Below, one piece after another: positions 36,257 through 46,750 of a stretch of DNA of 64,000 nt; within the stretch, counting starts at the first letter, position 1; each line of letters starts with the position of its first letter. This DNA is from Spirochaetia bacterium. Lineage in GTDB: Bacteria > Spirochaetota > Spirochaetia > SZUA-6 > Bin103. The position numbers and the translations under genes were made by a program. The notes beneath the pieces were generated by a model. It was given only the letters and a program-made list of their open reading frames with translations, was not told the origin of the DNA and ran no database searches. The stretch lies in assembly GCA_965198005.1 (NCBI GenBank), contig CBDAOI010000003.1, positions 1,120,001 through 1,184,000 of the forward strand, read 5' to 3'.

Positions 36257-37371
36257 GGTTGACCGGCGCCCGGCGCGGGACGCGGAGCGGGCGGCGACTG
36301 CCGTTCGCAGCCTGCTTGGCGGCGGCGGCGGTGGCGGGCTGGACGGTCGACTACTTCGAGGCGGACCGGCACGGAACGGCGTTGGCGCCGCTGGCAGCGG
36401 AGCGGGCGGAACGGCCCGGCTGGGTGCTGGCGGTGGATTCGCGGGCCGAGGCCGCCGCCGCCGGTCGGCTGGCGCGCCGCCGTCTGCTCCACGGAGGGAG
36501 CGTGCTGCAGGAGTGGCGCACCGAGACGGTCGCGCAGGGAACCGTCGAACGTGAGTTCCGGCACGGGCGGGTCGTAGCCGAGCGGCTCCAGGGTCCGGAC
36601 GGATTGCTGCTCGAGGAGCGTCGTTTTACCCCGGCCGGCGAGCTGCAGCAGCGTAACCGGTGGAGCTACTCCGACGGCGGGCTGCGGCACGTGCAAAGTT
36701 TCGACGGCGCCGGCGAGATGATTGCCGCGGCCACGTACGCGCTGAGCACCGCCGGGCGCCTGCGCCACTTCACCCACGCCGCCGGCGGCGTGACGCCGCC
36801 GCCCACGGCTGCCGGGCCCGGCCGAGACCCGGACGTCTACGAGTTGAGCCTGGTATTCGCCGCCGGCAACCTGATAGAGCAGCGTCTGGCGTACGGCGGC
36901 GCGGAACTCGTGAGGCGGTACCCCGCCGCCGGCCGGCCCGAGGGTGGCCCGGCGCCGGCGGAAGCTGCGTCGACTGCGCCCGAAATCGCAACCGGTACCG
37001 AGGTCAGCTACGACGCAGCCGGCCGGGTTGCACGCGTACGGGTATACGCTCGCGGCGCCGACTCTGAGCCCGAGCTGCGGGAAGAACGGATCCACCACTA
37101 CAACTCGGAGGGCATGCTGCGCCTGCTGGAGGTGGTGGACGCGCGCGTCGACGGCGCCGGGCGCGAGACCTGGGAGTACGCCTACGGCGCGTCGGGGCGG
37201 CTGCTTCGGGAGGAGTACCGGCGGCGCGGCGCACTGGTGCGCGTGTCCACGTTTCCGACCGAGGAGCAGCGCGTGGACCTGTTCTACCGCCGCGGCCACG
37301 CGTTCCTGCGGCAGGTCTGGCGCGGCGGCGTCAAGCTGAGTGAGGAATTGCTCCCGGAGGCAGCCGGGTGA
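36253..37371 (+). CDS. Hypothetical exported protein with YD/RHS-like beta-hairpin repeats
   Basis: Coupled to ftsY and lolC/E by 4-nt overlaps; SYDAAGRV, HYNSEGML, YAYGASGRLLREE. Confidence 0.6.
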   Translation: MRLTGARRGTRSGRRLPFAACLAAAAVAGWTVDYFEADRHGTALAPLAAERAERPGWVLAVDSRAEAAAAGRLARRRLLHGGSVLQEWRTETVAQGTVEREFRHGRVVAERLQGPDGLLLEERRFTPAGELQQRNRWSYSDGGLRHVQSFDGAGEMIAAATYALSTAGRLRHFTHAAGGVTPPPTAAGPGRDPDVYELSLVFAAGNLIEQRLAYGGAELVRRYPAAGRPEGGPAPAEAASTAPEIATGTEVSYDAAGRVARVRVYARGADSEPELREERIHHYNSEGMLRLLEVVDARVDGAGRETWEYAYGASGRLLREEYRRRGALVRVSTFPTEEQRVDLFYRRGHAFLRQVWRGGVKLSEELLPEAAG

Positions 37372-38720
37372 ATCGGTGGACCCGGTCCCACCTGCGCCTG
37401 ATCGTGCAGGTCGGCGCGCGCCATCTCGGGCTGACCCGCGGGGGCCTGCAGGTGGCGCCGCTGCTCGCCGTGGCGGGCGTCGCCATCGGTACGGCGACGC
37501 TGCTGGTGGTGCTGGCGGTCATGAACGGCTTTCAGCTTGGCTCCATCGAAGCGATCCTCGAGGTCGGTTCCTACCACGTCCGCGTTACCACGGAGCCCGC
37601 AGCCGCCGCCGATCCGGAGCTGCGCGCCCGCTTGGCTGCCGTGGACGGCGTCACGTCGGTGGTGCCGTTCAGCGAGTTCCCGGCCCTGGCGCGCGGCGCC
37701 CAACGGATGGCCGGACAACGCCCGGCACGCGGACTTCTGGTGCGGGTGCTGCCGCCGGACGTGCTCGACCTCGATCCCGAGTTCGCACGCCGGGTCGCGC
37801 TGGTCGCCGGCACCTTCGAGCTCGATTCCCCCGGGGCGATCGTCATCGGCGCGGAACTGGCGGCCCGCCTCGGCGTGCTGCCCGGAGATCCGGTGGAGGT
37901 CGTCACGCTCGGCGACGACGCACTGCGCGTCGGACCGGGCGCCACCCTCCAGCCGCGCCGGGCGGAATGGCGCGTGCGCGGCGTATTCCGCAGCGGTCAC
38001 TACGATTACGACCTCAGGCGGGCGTTCATCGGTCCGTTCACCGCGCGCACGCTGGTCGACGACCTGCCGGTGACGCTGGGGATCAAGCTGGACAACCGGT
38101 TTCACGACCGGACCGCGGCCGCGGCGTTGGCTGCGGCGCTCCGGGGCCGCGCTCCGGGCTCCGAGGTGGAGTCGTGGCGCAGCTTCAACCGCGCGCTGTT
38201 CGGGGCGTTGCGCGTAGAGAAGCTGCTGCTGAGCACCATTCTGGGTCTGATTTTCGTGGTGGTGGCCTACAACGTTCTGCAGGGATTGCGCCGGCGGGTG
38301 GTGGAACGAAGCGCCGAGATCGGCCTGCTGCGCGCCCTGGGGGCGCCACCCTGGGTGGTGCGCGGCGTATTCCTCTGGGAAGGGACGGTGCTCGGCCTCG
38401 GCGGGGCAGTCGTGGGCACCACGCTCGGATTGCTGCTGGCGCAGAATATCGGCGTGTTGTTCACGGTGCTCGAAACGGTGGCCAACGCCGCGTTGGCATT
38501 GGCGGCGGCGGTCGGCGGCGCGCCCGGCGGCGCGCGCACGGTCTCGATCTTCTCGCCCGTGACGTTCTACATCACCGACGTGCCGACTCGCCTGATCCTG
38601 GTCGAGGTGCTGCTGGTGGCGGCGTTCGCGGTGGCGGCGCCGGCGTTGTCCGGCGCGCTGGCGGCAGTGCGCGCGGCGCGCGTGGCGGCGGTCCAGGTGC
38701 TGCGGTCGGGGGCCGAATGA
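37368..38720 (+). CDS. Lipoprotein-releasing ABC permease (LolC/E family)
   Basis: GVAIG...VLAVMNGFQ, SW...N..LFGALRVEK, EIGLLRALG. Confidence 0.92.
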   Translation: MNRWTRSHLRLIVQVGARHLGLTRGGLQVAPLLAVAGVAIGTATLLVVLAVMNGFQLGSIEAILEVGSYHVRVTTEPAAAADPELRARLAAVDGVTSVVPFSEFPALARGAQRMAGQRPARGLLVRVLPPDVLDLDPEFARRVALVAGTFELDSPGAIVIGAELAARLGVLPGDPVEVVTLGDDALRVGPGATLQPRRAEWRVRGVFRSGHYDYDLRRAFIGPFTARTLVDDLPVTLGIKLDNRFHDRTAAAALAAALRGRAPGSEVESWRSFNRALFGALRVEKLLLSTILGLIFVVVAYNVLQGLRRRVVERSAEIGLLRALGAPPWVVRGVFLWEGTVLGLGGAVVGTTLGLLLAQNIGVLFTVLETVANAALALAAAVGGAPGGARTVSIFSPVTFYITDVPTRLILVEVLLVAAFAVAAPALSGALAAVRAARVAAVQVLRSGAE

Positions 38721-39406
38721 TCGGGACTGAAGTGGCGGTGGGGATCGACGTAGCGGCGCTCTGGAAGCGCTACCGCAGCGCTGCCGGCGCACTCACCGTG
38801 CTGCGCGGGCTCGATCTCAGCCTTGAGCCCGGACGGACGGTGGCGATCACCGGCGAGAGCGGATCGGGCAAGAGCACGCTGTTGAACATAGTGGCCGGTC
38901 TGGATCACTTCGGACCGGGAACGGTACGGGTCGGCGACGATGAGCTGGGAACACTCGACGAACGGGGACTGGCGCGCTATCGCCGTTCCCTCGGGCTGAT
39001 ATTTCAGTTCCACCATCTGCTCCAGGACTTCGACGCCACCGAAAACGTGCTCCTGCCCGGAGTAATGGGCGGCATGGCGCGCGCCGCCGCGCGCCGCCGC
39101 GCGCGTGACCTCCTGGATGCGGTCGGGCTGCGCGACCGCGCGCACCACTATCCGGCGGAGCTTTCGGGCGGCGAGCGCCAGCGGGTCGCGGTGGCGCGGG
39201 CGGTGGCAGGAGATCCCGCCCTGGTGTTGGCCGATGAACCGACCGGGAACCTGGATGAGCGCAATTCGCGGGTCGTGGCGGACCTCCTGTTCGAGCTGGT
39301 CCGGAGTCACGGCACTACGCTGGTGCTGGTGACCCATGACCCGGCGCTGGTGGCGCGGGCCGACCGCGCCTACCGGCTCACCGGCGGCATCCTGGTGCCC
39401 GCATGA
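38717..39406 (+). CDS. lolD: Lipoprotein-releasing ABC ATPase
   Basis: GESGSGKS, FQFHHLL.DF, LSGGERQRVA, ADEPTGNLD; between two LolC/E genes. Confidence 0.9.
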   Translation: MIGTEVAVGIDVAALWKRYRSAAGALTVLRGLDLSLEPGRTVAITGESGSGKSTLLNIVAGLDHFGPGTVRVGDDELGTLDERGLARYRRSLGLIFQFHHLLQDFDATENVLLPGVMGGMARAAARRRARDLLDAVGLRDRAHHYPAELSGGERQRVAVARAVAGDPALVLADEPTGNLDERNSRVVADLLFELVRSHGTTLVLVTHDPALVARADRAYRLTGGILVPA

Positions 39407-40803
39407 CCCGGCACGCGCTGGCGGCGCGGTGGGGGAGCTGGCGGTTGCTGCCGCGTCTCGCATGGCGCTACCTGGTGCCGAGCCGCACGGCTGGAGGCAC
39501 CGGTGCCTATCTGGTCGGATCCGTGTTCGGCATCGGCCTCAGTCTGGTGCCGCTGATCATGGTGATGGAAGTGTCCGACGGCCTGATCGAGGGAATTACC
39601 CGTCGCTATCTGGAAGTCGGCACCTACCACCTGCAGGTCGGGTTGCCGTTCGGAGCCGGATCGGACCCGGCGGCCCGCGCGCGCGTGCTGGACGACCTCG
39701 CGCGGCGGCTGGAGCAGACCCTCGGCCCGGGCACGATCGCGGTGCGGGAGCGGCAGGGGATAGCGCTGGCTGCCGCCGGCCCGAAGCGGGCCGTGGTCAC
39801 GGTGCGTGCCGTGCCGCCGGACCAGTACCGGCGCGATCCGGGACTGCGCCGTTATCTGGAATTGACCGCCGGTGTGTTCGACGTGGCGGACAGGGGGGTC
39901 ATCCTCGGCCGGGCGGTAGCGCACGAGCTTGGCGCTGCGGTGGGTGACCGGCTCGTCATCGTGACCGCGCTCGACCGGGGCGGGGCCGCTCTGGTGCCGA
40001 AGCCCACCCGGCTGGAGGTGCGGGGAATCGTGGGTTCCGGGTACCAGGAGCTGGACCAGGTGTGGGTCTACGTCGGCCACGAGACCGGTGACGGGATGTT
40101 GCCGCCCGGATCCAGCCGCGACTTCATCGGACTCAAGATCGACGATCCGTTTGCGGACCTGACGGAGGTGACGGCCCGGGTGCAGGCCGTCGCCGGCGCC
40201 GGATATCCGGTCTACTCCTGGCAGCAACTGGAGCGTGCGACCTATGACTCGTTCGCCACCAGCCGGGCATTGCTAATGCTGATCATGTCGTTGATCGTCG
40301 CCGTGGCGGCCATCAACGTCGCTTCCGCCACGGTGACGGTAGCGCTTGCGCGGCGCCGGGAAGTGGCGTTTCTCAAGAGCCAGGGACTGCCCCCCGGCGT
40401 AGTGTTCTGGTCGCTGACGCTGACCGGGATGTTGGCGGGGGCGCTGGGGGCCGTGGTGGGCATCGCCGGCGGTCTGGTGGCGGCTCTCAACGTCAACGAG
40501 ATCGTCACGGGGGCGGAGGCGGTCGCCACGCTGGTGCGCGATTCGCTGGTTCCGGCAGCAGCTTCGTCGGCGGGCGCGGGCGGCCGGGGGGCGGCCGGAA
40601 GGGTGGTGCTGATCGACCGCGAGTTCTATCTGGAACACATCCCGATCGACGTCGAGGCGGCCAAACTGTGGCTGGTGGCGGCGGCCACGGTCGCTTTGGC
40701 GGGGTTGGCGGCCTCGGTGCCCGCGGCCCGCGCGGCCCGGCGCCGGCCGGTCGAAGTGCTGCGCCGGTCGCTGCTGGCGGGCCTTGAACGCGCCGATGCC
40801 TGA
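39403..40803 (+). CDS. Lipoprotein-releasing ABC permease (LolC/E family)
   Basis: GIGLSLVPLI...V.DG, EVAFLKSQG, FYL..IP. Confidence 0.9.
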   Translation: MTRHALAARWGSWRLLPRLAWRYLVPSRTAGGTGAYLVGSVFGIGLSLVPLIMVMEVSDGLIEGITRRYLEVGTYHLQVGLPFGAGSDPAARARVLDDLARRLEQTLGPGTIAVRERQGIALAAAGPKRAVVTVRAVPPDQYRRDPGLRRYLELTAGVFDVADRGVILGRAVAHELGAAVGDRLVIVTALDRGGAALVPKPTRLEVRGIVGSGYQELDQVWVYVGHETGDGMLPPGSSRDFIGLKIDDPFADLTEVTARVQAVAGAGYPVYSWQQLERATYDSFATSRALLMLIMSLIVAVAAINVASATVTVALARRREVAFLKSQGLPPGVVFWSLTLTGMLAGALGAVVGIAGGLVAALNVNEIVTGAEAVATLVRDSLVPAAASSAGAGGRGAAGRVVLIDREFYLEHIPIDVEAAKLWLVAAATVALAGLAASVPAARAARRRPVEVLRRSLLAGLERADA

Positions 40804-41130
40804 CCGGCGCCGGCCGGCTGACCGGTTTGCCGGCCACCGGGAATTTGGGGATACTAATGGATGAGCGGTGACACGATCATCCCACCGGTGCCGGCTGCCG
40901 ATATACGGGAAACAGGAGCGGTGCCGTGGCGCGCAGCAGGCCCGTGTCGGGCGCCGCAGGGGTTTCCTGTCCGCGGCCTCCGCGGATACACTGGGCCGCG
41001 GGAGGCGGCTGCTTGACGCGGCTGCCTGCTGTTGATTCTCTGTTCGTGTACGTGAAGGAGCTGTTCAAGGTGGCAACACAAAGTAATCGGTCGGAACAGT
41101 GCCCGACTACGGTACGAGCGGTGTCGGACG

Positions 41131-43677
41131 ATGTTTAAGGGTCTGACACAGCGGGCGCAGAAGGTGCTCGGCATTCTCGCTCAGGAAGAGGTCAAGCGGT
41201 TCCACTCGGAGCAGCTGCTGCCGGAGCATCTCATTCTGGCGCTGCTCAAGGACGGCGAGGGCGTGGCGGTCAAGGCGCTGCAGCGCGTCAAGATCAACGT
41301 GGCCGAGATGCGCAGCGAGATCGAGCGTGTCCTTCCCCGCGGCAAGGGCGGGCTCATTCTCGGCGACGTGCCGCTGTCCAAGCGGGCCAAGCACGTGCTG
41401 GATGGCTCCGCCGACGAGGCCCAGAGCATGGGCCACGAGTACGTCGGCACCGAGCACTTCCTGCTCGCCGCGGCGCGTGAAAACAATGCGGTCGTGGTCC
41501 GCCACCTGGAGAATTGCAACGTAACGCCCAACATGCTGCGCGAGGCGATTATCCGGATCAACGGAATCGGCGCCGTGCGGCAGTCCGGCGGCAGCGGCAG
41601 TGGCCAGCGCCGCCGGCAGTCGTCGACCCGGAAGCCCACGCCCACGCTGGACGAATTCAGTCGTGACCTTACCAGCTTGGCGCGGGAGGGGAAGCTCGAT
41701 CCGGTCATCGGCCGGGCGCAGGAGATCCAGCGCGTGATCCAGATCCTGGCGCGGCGCACCAAGAACAATCCCGTGCTGATCGGCGAGCCGGGCGTGGGCA
41801 AGACCGCGATCGTGGAGGGGCTGGCGCAGAAGGTGGTGAACGGCACCGCCCCCGACGTCCTGCATGCGCGCCGGGTGCTGACCCTGGACCTCGCGTCGCT
41901 GGTGGCGGGGACCAAGTATCGCGGCGAGTTCGAGGAACGCCTCAAGCGGGTGATGAGGGAGATCATCGGAGCCGGCAACGTGGTGCTGTTCATCGACGAG
42001 TTGCACACCATCATCGGAGCGGGCGGCGCCGAGGGTGCGATAGACGCGTCCAACATGCTCAAGCCGGCCCTCTCGCGCGGTGAGCTGCAGTGCATCGGCG
42101 CTACCACCCTCAACGAGTTCCGCAAGTACATCGAGCGGGACGCAGCTCTCGAGCGCCGCTTTCAGGCCGTGTTCGTGGACGAACCCGAGGTGGAGGACAC
42201 CATCGAAATCCTCAAGGGGATCAAGGACCGCTACGCCGAGCATCATCAGGTGGTGTACACCTACGAGTCGCTGGAATCGGCGGCCCAGCTCTCGCAGCGG
42301 TACATCGCCGACCGTCACCTGCCGGACAAGGCTATCGACCTGCTGGATGAGGCAGGCGCCCGCAAGCGAATCGACAACAGCGTGCGCCCCAAGGAGCTGA
42401 CCGATCTCGACGAGCAGATCGAGCGTCTCACCATCGAAAAGACCAATCTGGTAAACGGCCAGAACTACGAGCGGGCTGCCGCGGTGCGCGACCAGGTGCG
42501 TCAGCTCAAGGGCGAGCTGGACAAGCGCAAGAAGGAGTGGGAGAAGACGATGAAGTCCGAGCAGCGTCTGGTGGATGTCGAGGACATCCAGCAGGTGATC
42601 TCGGGCATGACGGGGATCCCGCTGGCGCGCATCGTGCAAACCGAGTCCGAACGGCTGCTTAATATCGAGGAGGAGTTGCACAAACGGGTGGTTGCACAGA
42701 ACGAGGCGATCGCGGTGATCGCGGCGGCGATCCGCCGGTCGCGCACCGGCCTGTCGTCGCCGCGCCGGCCGCTCGGGTCGTTCGTGTTCCTCGGCCCGAC
42801 CGGGGTGGGGAAGACGCTGGTCGCCAAGACCCTCGCCGAGTTCCTGTTCGGCAACGAGGACGCACTGGTGCGCATCGACATGTCCGACTTCATGGAGAAG
42901 CACAACCTGTCGCGGCTGGTCGGAGCGCCGCCGGGGTACGTCGGCTACGAGGAGGGCGGCATGCTCACCGAGCGCATCCGACGCCGGCCGTACAGCGTCA
43001 TTCTGCTCGACGAGATCGAGAAGGCCCACCCGGACGTGTTCAATCTGCTGCTGCAGGTGCTCGAGGAAGGTCAACTCCAGGACCAGCTCGGTCACACCGT
43101 GTCGTTCCGCAACACGGTGCTGATCATGACGTCGAATGCCGGTGCGCGCGAAATCAGTACCGATACCTCGCTCGGCTTCCAGACCGGCTCCGGCGGCAAG
43201 GAATTCAAGGAGATTCGCGCCTACGTGCTGGCAGAGATGAAGCGGCTGTTCAGTCCCGAGTTTCTCAATCGCATCGACGAATCGGTCGTCTTCCATTCGT
43301 TGAGCAAGCCGGAACTGGAGCGCATCCTCGAACTGGAGTTGAACGACGTGCGCGGGCGCTTGGCGGATCAGGAGATCAGTCTGGAGATGCGCAAGGACGC
43401 CTGTGAGTATCTGATGGAGAAGGGCTACGATCCCAAGTACGGCGCGCGGCCGTTGCGTCGGGTGTTGCAGAAGGATATCGAAGATCCGTTGTCGCTGGAC
43501 ATTCTCAAGGGCCGGTTCCTGCCGGGCAGCACCGTGGTCGGCCATATGCGGGACGGCAAGCTCAACTTCCGCCGCAAACGGAGCAGTCCAGGCCGGAACA
43601 ACAGCAGCGGCTCGGGCGGAGAACGCAGCCGGAGCGGCAAGTCCGCCGAGTTGGTAGCCTCCAGCGCCCGGTCTTAG
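41131..43677 (+). CDS. clpC: ATP-dependent Clp protease ATPase subunit ClpC
   Basis: Clp_N repeats, [11 protein letters not shown]-type M domain (YERAAAVRD), [11 protein letters not shown] ClpP-docking loop. Confidence 0.96.
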   Translation: MFKGLTQRAQKVLGILAQEEVKRFHSEQLLPEHLILALLKDGEGVAVKALQRVKINVAEMRSEIERVLPRGKGGLILGDVPLSKRAKHVLDGSADEAQSMGHEYVGTEHFLLAAARENNAVVVRHLENCNVTPNMLREAIIRINGIGAVRQSGGSGSGQRRRQSSTRKPTPTLDEFSRDLTSLAREGKLDPVIGRAQEIQRVIQILARRTKNNPVLIGEPGVGKTAIVEGLAQKVVNGTAPDVLHARRVLTLDLASLVAGTKYRGEFEERLKRVMREIIGAGNVVLFIDELHTIIGAGGAEGAIDASNMLKPALSRGELQCIGATTLNEFRKYIERDAALERRFQAVFVDEPEVEDTIEILKGIKDRYAEHHQVVYTYESLESAAQLSQRYIADRHLPDKAIDLLDEAGARKRIDNSVRPKELTDLDEQIERLTIEKTNLVNGQNYERAAAVRDQVRQLKGELDKRKKEWEKTMKSEQRLVDVEDIQQVISGMTGIPLARIVQTESERLLNIEEELHKRVVAQNEAIAVIAAAIRRSRTGLSSPRRPLGSFVFLGPTGVGKTLVAKTLAEFLFGNEDALVRIDMSDFMEKHNLSRLVGAPPGYVGYEEGGMLTERIRRRPYSVILLDEIEKAHPDVFNLLLQVLEEGQLQDQLGHTVSFRNTVLIMTSNAGAREISTDTSLGFQTGSGGKEFKEIRAYVLAEMKRLFSPEFLNRIDESVVFHSLSKPELERILELELNDVRGRLADQEISLEMRKDACEYLMEKGYDPKYGARPLRRVLQKDIEDPLSLDILKGRFLPGSTVVGHMRDGKLNFRRKRSSPGRNNSSGSGGERSRSGKSAELVASSARS

Positions 43678-43708
43678 CGCCCCAAAGCCGCCGCCGGGGG
43701 CGACGCTC

Positions 43709-46700
43709 GTGGCCCATCCCGTCCGCGCGGACAACGGTCGGCCGGTGACGGCGCGCGGGCGGGCGGGCGCGCGCGGATCCGTGAGCCTGATCCTGGCGCT
43801 GGCCGGCTCGGTGATGCTCGGCGCTCAGGTGCGGGCGCTGCTGGACGCGGGCACCTCCGCGTTCGAAACCGGGCGGTACGAGGCTGCTGCACGGAGCTTC
43901 GCCGAGGTTCCGGCGCGCGCGCCCGATGGGCGCGAAGCGGTGACCGCTTCGTTCCTGGAGGCGCTGAGCCTGTTCTATGCCGGCGATGCCACCGCCGCCC
44001 GGCAGCGGCTGGAAGCGCACCGGCGGCGCTTCAGCGATTCCCCCTACGACGATCAGATCTGGTACTGGATCGGTGCCGCGGCGCTGGCGGACGGCGATGC
44101 GGCAGCCTCCCTGGCCGCGTTGGAGCGGCACTTGCACCAGCCCGCCGGTTCCGCTCGCGCGACTCCGCCACCGTTCGCGGTGCAGGCGTGGGACACGCGC
44201 GCGCGGGCGCTGGAGCGGCTCGGGCGGACACGGGAGGCGCTCGACCTGTACGAGCGACTGCTGGCCGGGGAGGTGGCCGCGGCCGGCGCTACGGCGGTAG
44301 ACGGCGCTGCCCGCGCGCGCTGGCTCGCGCGGGCAGGAGCGCTGCTGCTCGAAGCCGAGCGTTACACCGCGGCGGCGGAGCGCTACCGCCGCATCGTTAC
44401 GGAGTTTCCTTCCACGCCGGCGGCGCCGGAGGCGTTGTTTTTCCTGGCCGAGGCCGAGTACTTCGCGGGCGACGCGGCGGCCGCCGCGGTCCGGTACGAG
44501 CGCTACCTCGAGTACTATCCAGGCGCCGCGCATCGGGTAGCGGCCGGCTACCGGCTGACCCGAATCGCGCTCGAAACGGGCGATCCGGCCGGCGCGCACG
44601 GCGCGTGGCGGCGGCTTGCGGCGGAACCCGCGGCCGCGGCCTACGATCCGGTGGCGCTGGCCGCCCTGGCCGGCGACGTGCACGCCGCCGGCGGCGACTG
44701 GACGGGAGCGGCAGCCGCGTATCGCGCAGGGCTGGCCGCCGATCCGACTTCCAGGCAGCAGCAGGTACTGGCGTTGAACCTGGCGGTGGCGCTGGTCGGG
44801 AACGGCTCCCCGGCGCAGGCGGCAGCGGTATTCAGGCGGGCCGCCGAAGGACCCGATCCGGCGCTGGCCGAGACCGCGTCGTACCGGCACGCGCTGCTGC
44901 TCGTGCGGCAGGGTCGGCTGGAGGAGGGCGCCGCGGTGCTGGCTCGGTTCCTCGACCGCTACCCCGGAAGCGTCCGCGCCGGGGAAGCGGAGGGGCTCCT
45001 GATCGAGGTGCGCCAGCGGACAGGCGACCACCAGGCGTTGCTGCAAACGCTGGATCGGCTGGCGCGGCGGCGCCGGCTGACCCCGGCCGAAGAGCAGCGG
45101 CGGGGACTCGCACTGCTGCGCGTGGGTGACGCCAGCGCGGCCCTGGCGGCGCTGGCGAGCAGCGCGTCCGCTTTGCCGGCGCCGGCCCAGGCGGAGAGTC
45201 GGTACGCGATCGGCGCGGTGTATGGCCGGCGTGGCGAGCACGCGCGCGCGGCGCCCTACTTTGCCGCCGTCCATGCCGACCCCGCGGCCGCGCTCGAACT
45301 GCGGCAGCGCGCCGCGTATGCGCTGGCGATCACCCACTTCAACGTAGGAGAATACGACGCCGCCCTGGAGGTACTGGGTGAGCTCACCGGCGATGCCGCG
45401 GCTGCGGGAGCCGGAGCGGCCGGCCGATGGCGGGGTGCGGCGGAGTTCGCCACGGCCGCCGCATTCTACCGCCTGGGCCGGGTGGAGGAGGCAGCGCGCC
45501 ACTTCGACCGCGCCGCGGCGGCCGCCGGCGGTGAGGCTGCCCCCGTAGCCGGGTCCGAGCTGGGGTTGGCCGCTGCCGCCCGGAGTTGGGGAGCGCTGGC
45601 CCTGTTGCAGAGCGGTGCCCTGGAGCCGGCGCGCGCGTTGCTGCGGGAACTGGCGTCTGCGTCTTCGTCCGCGTTGCACTGGTATCGCGCCGGTCTGGCA
45701 TCGGGGCTGCTGGAAGACTACGCCGCCGCCGAACGGGAGTTCGCGGCCGCGCTGGCTGCCACCGAGGCCACCGATCCCTTGCGCGCGGAGATTCTCTACG
45801 AGGTAGCGCGGCTCCATCTGGCGCGCGGCGACCCGGCTGCTGCGGAAGACGCGCTCGGGCGGCTGGAGCGTGCCGCTTCCGGCCAGCGGCTGGCGGCGGC
45901 GGGCCGCCTGCTGCAGGCCGACACCCTGCGCGACCGGGGCCTGCTGCGCGCGGCGGCGGCCGCATATCAGGCCCTGGCGGAACGCATGAGCCGGCCGGAT
46001 GCGCGCGGCGACCTTGAACTGGCGGAGTTGGCCCGGTTCTTGGCAATCGAGGCGCTGGCGGACGCCGATGGACCGGTCGCGGCACTGGACCACGCCTGGG
46101 AATACCTGACGCGTGATCCGGGCGCGGTCCGCACCGCGCGGGTCGCGGCGTTGTTGCGGGCGGGGCTGGTGGCGGCGCCGCCCGCTACCGCCCGCAAGTT
46201 CTACAGTCGGGTACGCGCCGCTCGCACCGGAGCGGCGCAGCCGCTGCCGCCCGTCCTGATCGAAACCGTGCACTTGGCCTACGCCGAGGTATGGTTGGCG
46301 CAGGAGCCGGCCCGAAGTGAGCGGCTGTTGCGCGCTCTGCTGACGGGACCGCACAGCGCCGGCACCCGGCTGGAGGCGTCCCTTCTGCTTGGGCGCGCCT
46401 ACGAGGGGATGCGGCGCTGGCAGCAGGCGGCCGATCTGTACGCCGGCCTGGCGTCAAGCGAGGAGACCGCGGTGGCGGCGCGCGGCGCGCTCGGCGTGGC
46501 CCGGGTACTGGCGCTGGCCGGGGACCCGGCCGCCGCGGCGCAGGAGTACGAGGCGGTCGCGATTCGGTTCGAGGAGCTGCCCGAGGTGGCCGGGGAAGCG
46601 TGGTTTCGCGGCGCGGCCGCGCACCGCGCGGCCGGCAACCTGGAGGCGGCGGCGCGGTTCACCGCACAGTTGCGGGCGCGCCTCCCCGACTCGGGCTGGG

Positions 46701-46744
46701 CCCGGCGCGCGCGGGGGGAGGTCGAGGTCGGCCCCGACCCGTGA
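43709..46744 (+). CDS. Large TPR-repeat exported protein
   Basis: Many helical repeats (YWIG, ALFFLAEAEY, YP.S); signal-like segment; start uncertain. Confidence 0.8.
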   Translation: MAHPVRADNGRPVTARGRAGARGSVSLILALAGSVMLGAQVRALLDAGTSAFETGRYEAAARSFAEVPARAPDGREAVTASFLEALSLFYAGDATAARQRLEAHRRRFSDSPYDDQIWYWIGAAALADGDAAASLAALERHLHQPAGSARATPPPFAVQAWDTRARALERLGRTREALDLYERLLAGEVAAAGATAVDGAARARWLARAGALLLEAERYTAAAERYRRIVTEFPSTPAAPEALFFLAEAEYFAGDAAAAAVRYERYLEYYPGAAHRVAAGYRLTRIALETGDPAGAHGAWRRLAAEPAAAAYDPVALAALAGDVHAAGGDWTGAAAAYRAGLAADPTSRQQQVLALNLAVALVGNGSPAQAAAVFRRAAEGPDPALAETASYRHALLLVRQGRLEEGAAVLARFLDRYPGSVRAGEAEGLLIEVRQRTGDHQALLQTLDRLARRRRLTPAEEQRRGLALLRVGDASAALAALASSASALPAPAQAESRYAIGAVYGRRGEHARAAPYFAAVHADPAAALELRQRAAYALAITHFNVGEYDAALEVLGELTGDAAAAGAGAAGRWRGAAEFATAAAFYRLGRVEEAARHFDRAAAAAGGEAAPVAGSELGLAAAARSWGALALLQSGALEPARALLRELASASSSALHWYRAGLASGLLEDYAAAEREFAAALAATEATDPLRAEILYEVARLHLARGDPAAAEDALGRLERAASGQRLAAAGRLLQADTLRDRGLLRAAAAAYQALAERMSRPDARGDLELAELARFLAIEALADADGPVAALDHAWEYLTRDPGAVRTARVAALLRAGLVAAPPATARKFYSRVRAARTGAAQPLPPVLIETVHLAYAEVWLAQEPARSERLLRALLTGPHSAGTRLEASLLLGRAYEGMRRWQQAADLYAGLASSEETAVAARGALGVARVLALAGDPAAAAQEYEAVAIRFEELPEVAGEAWFRGAAAHRAAGNLEAAARFTAQLRARLPDSGWARRARGEVEVGPDP

Positions 46745-46750
46745 GTGCGG

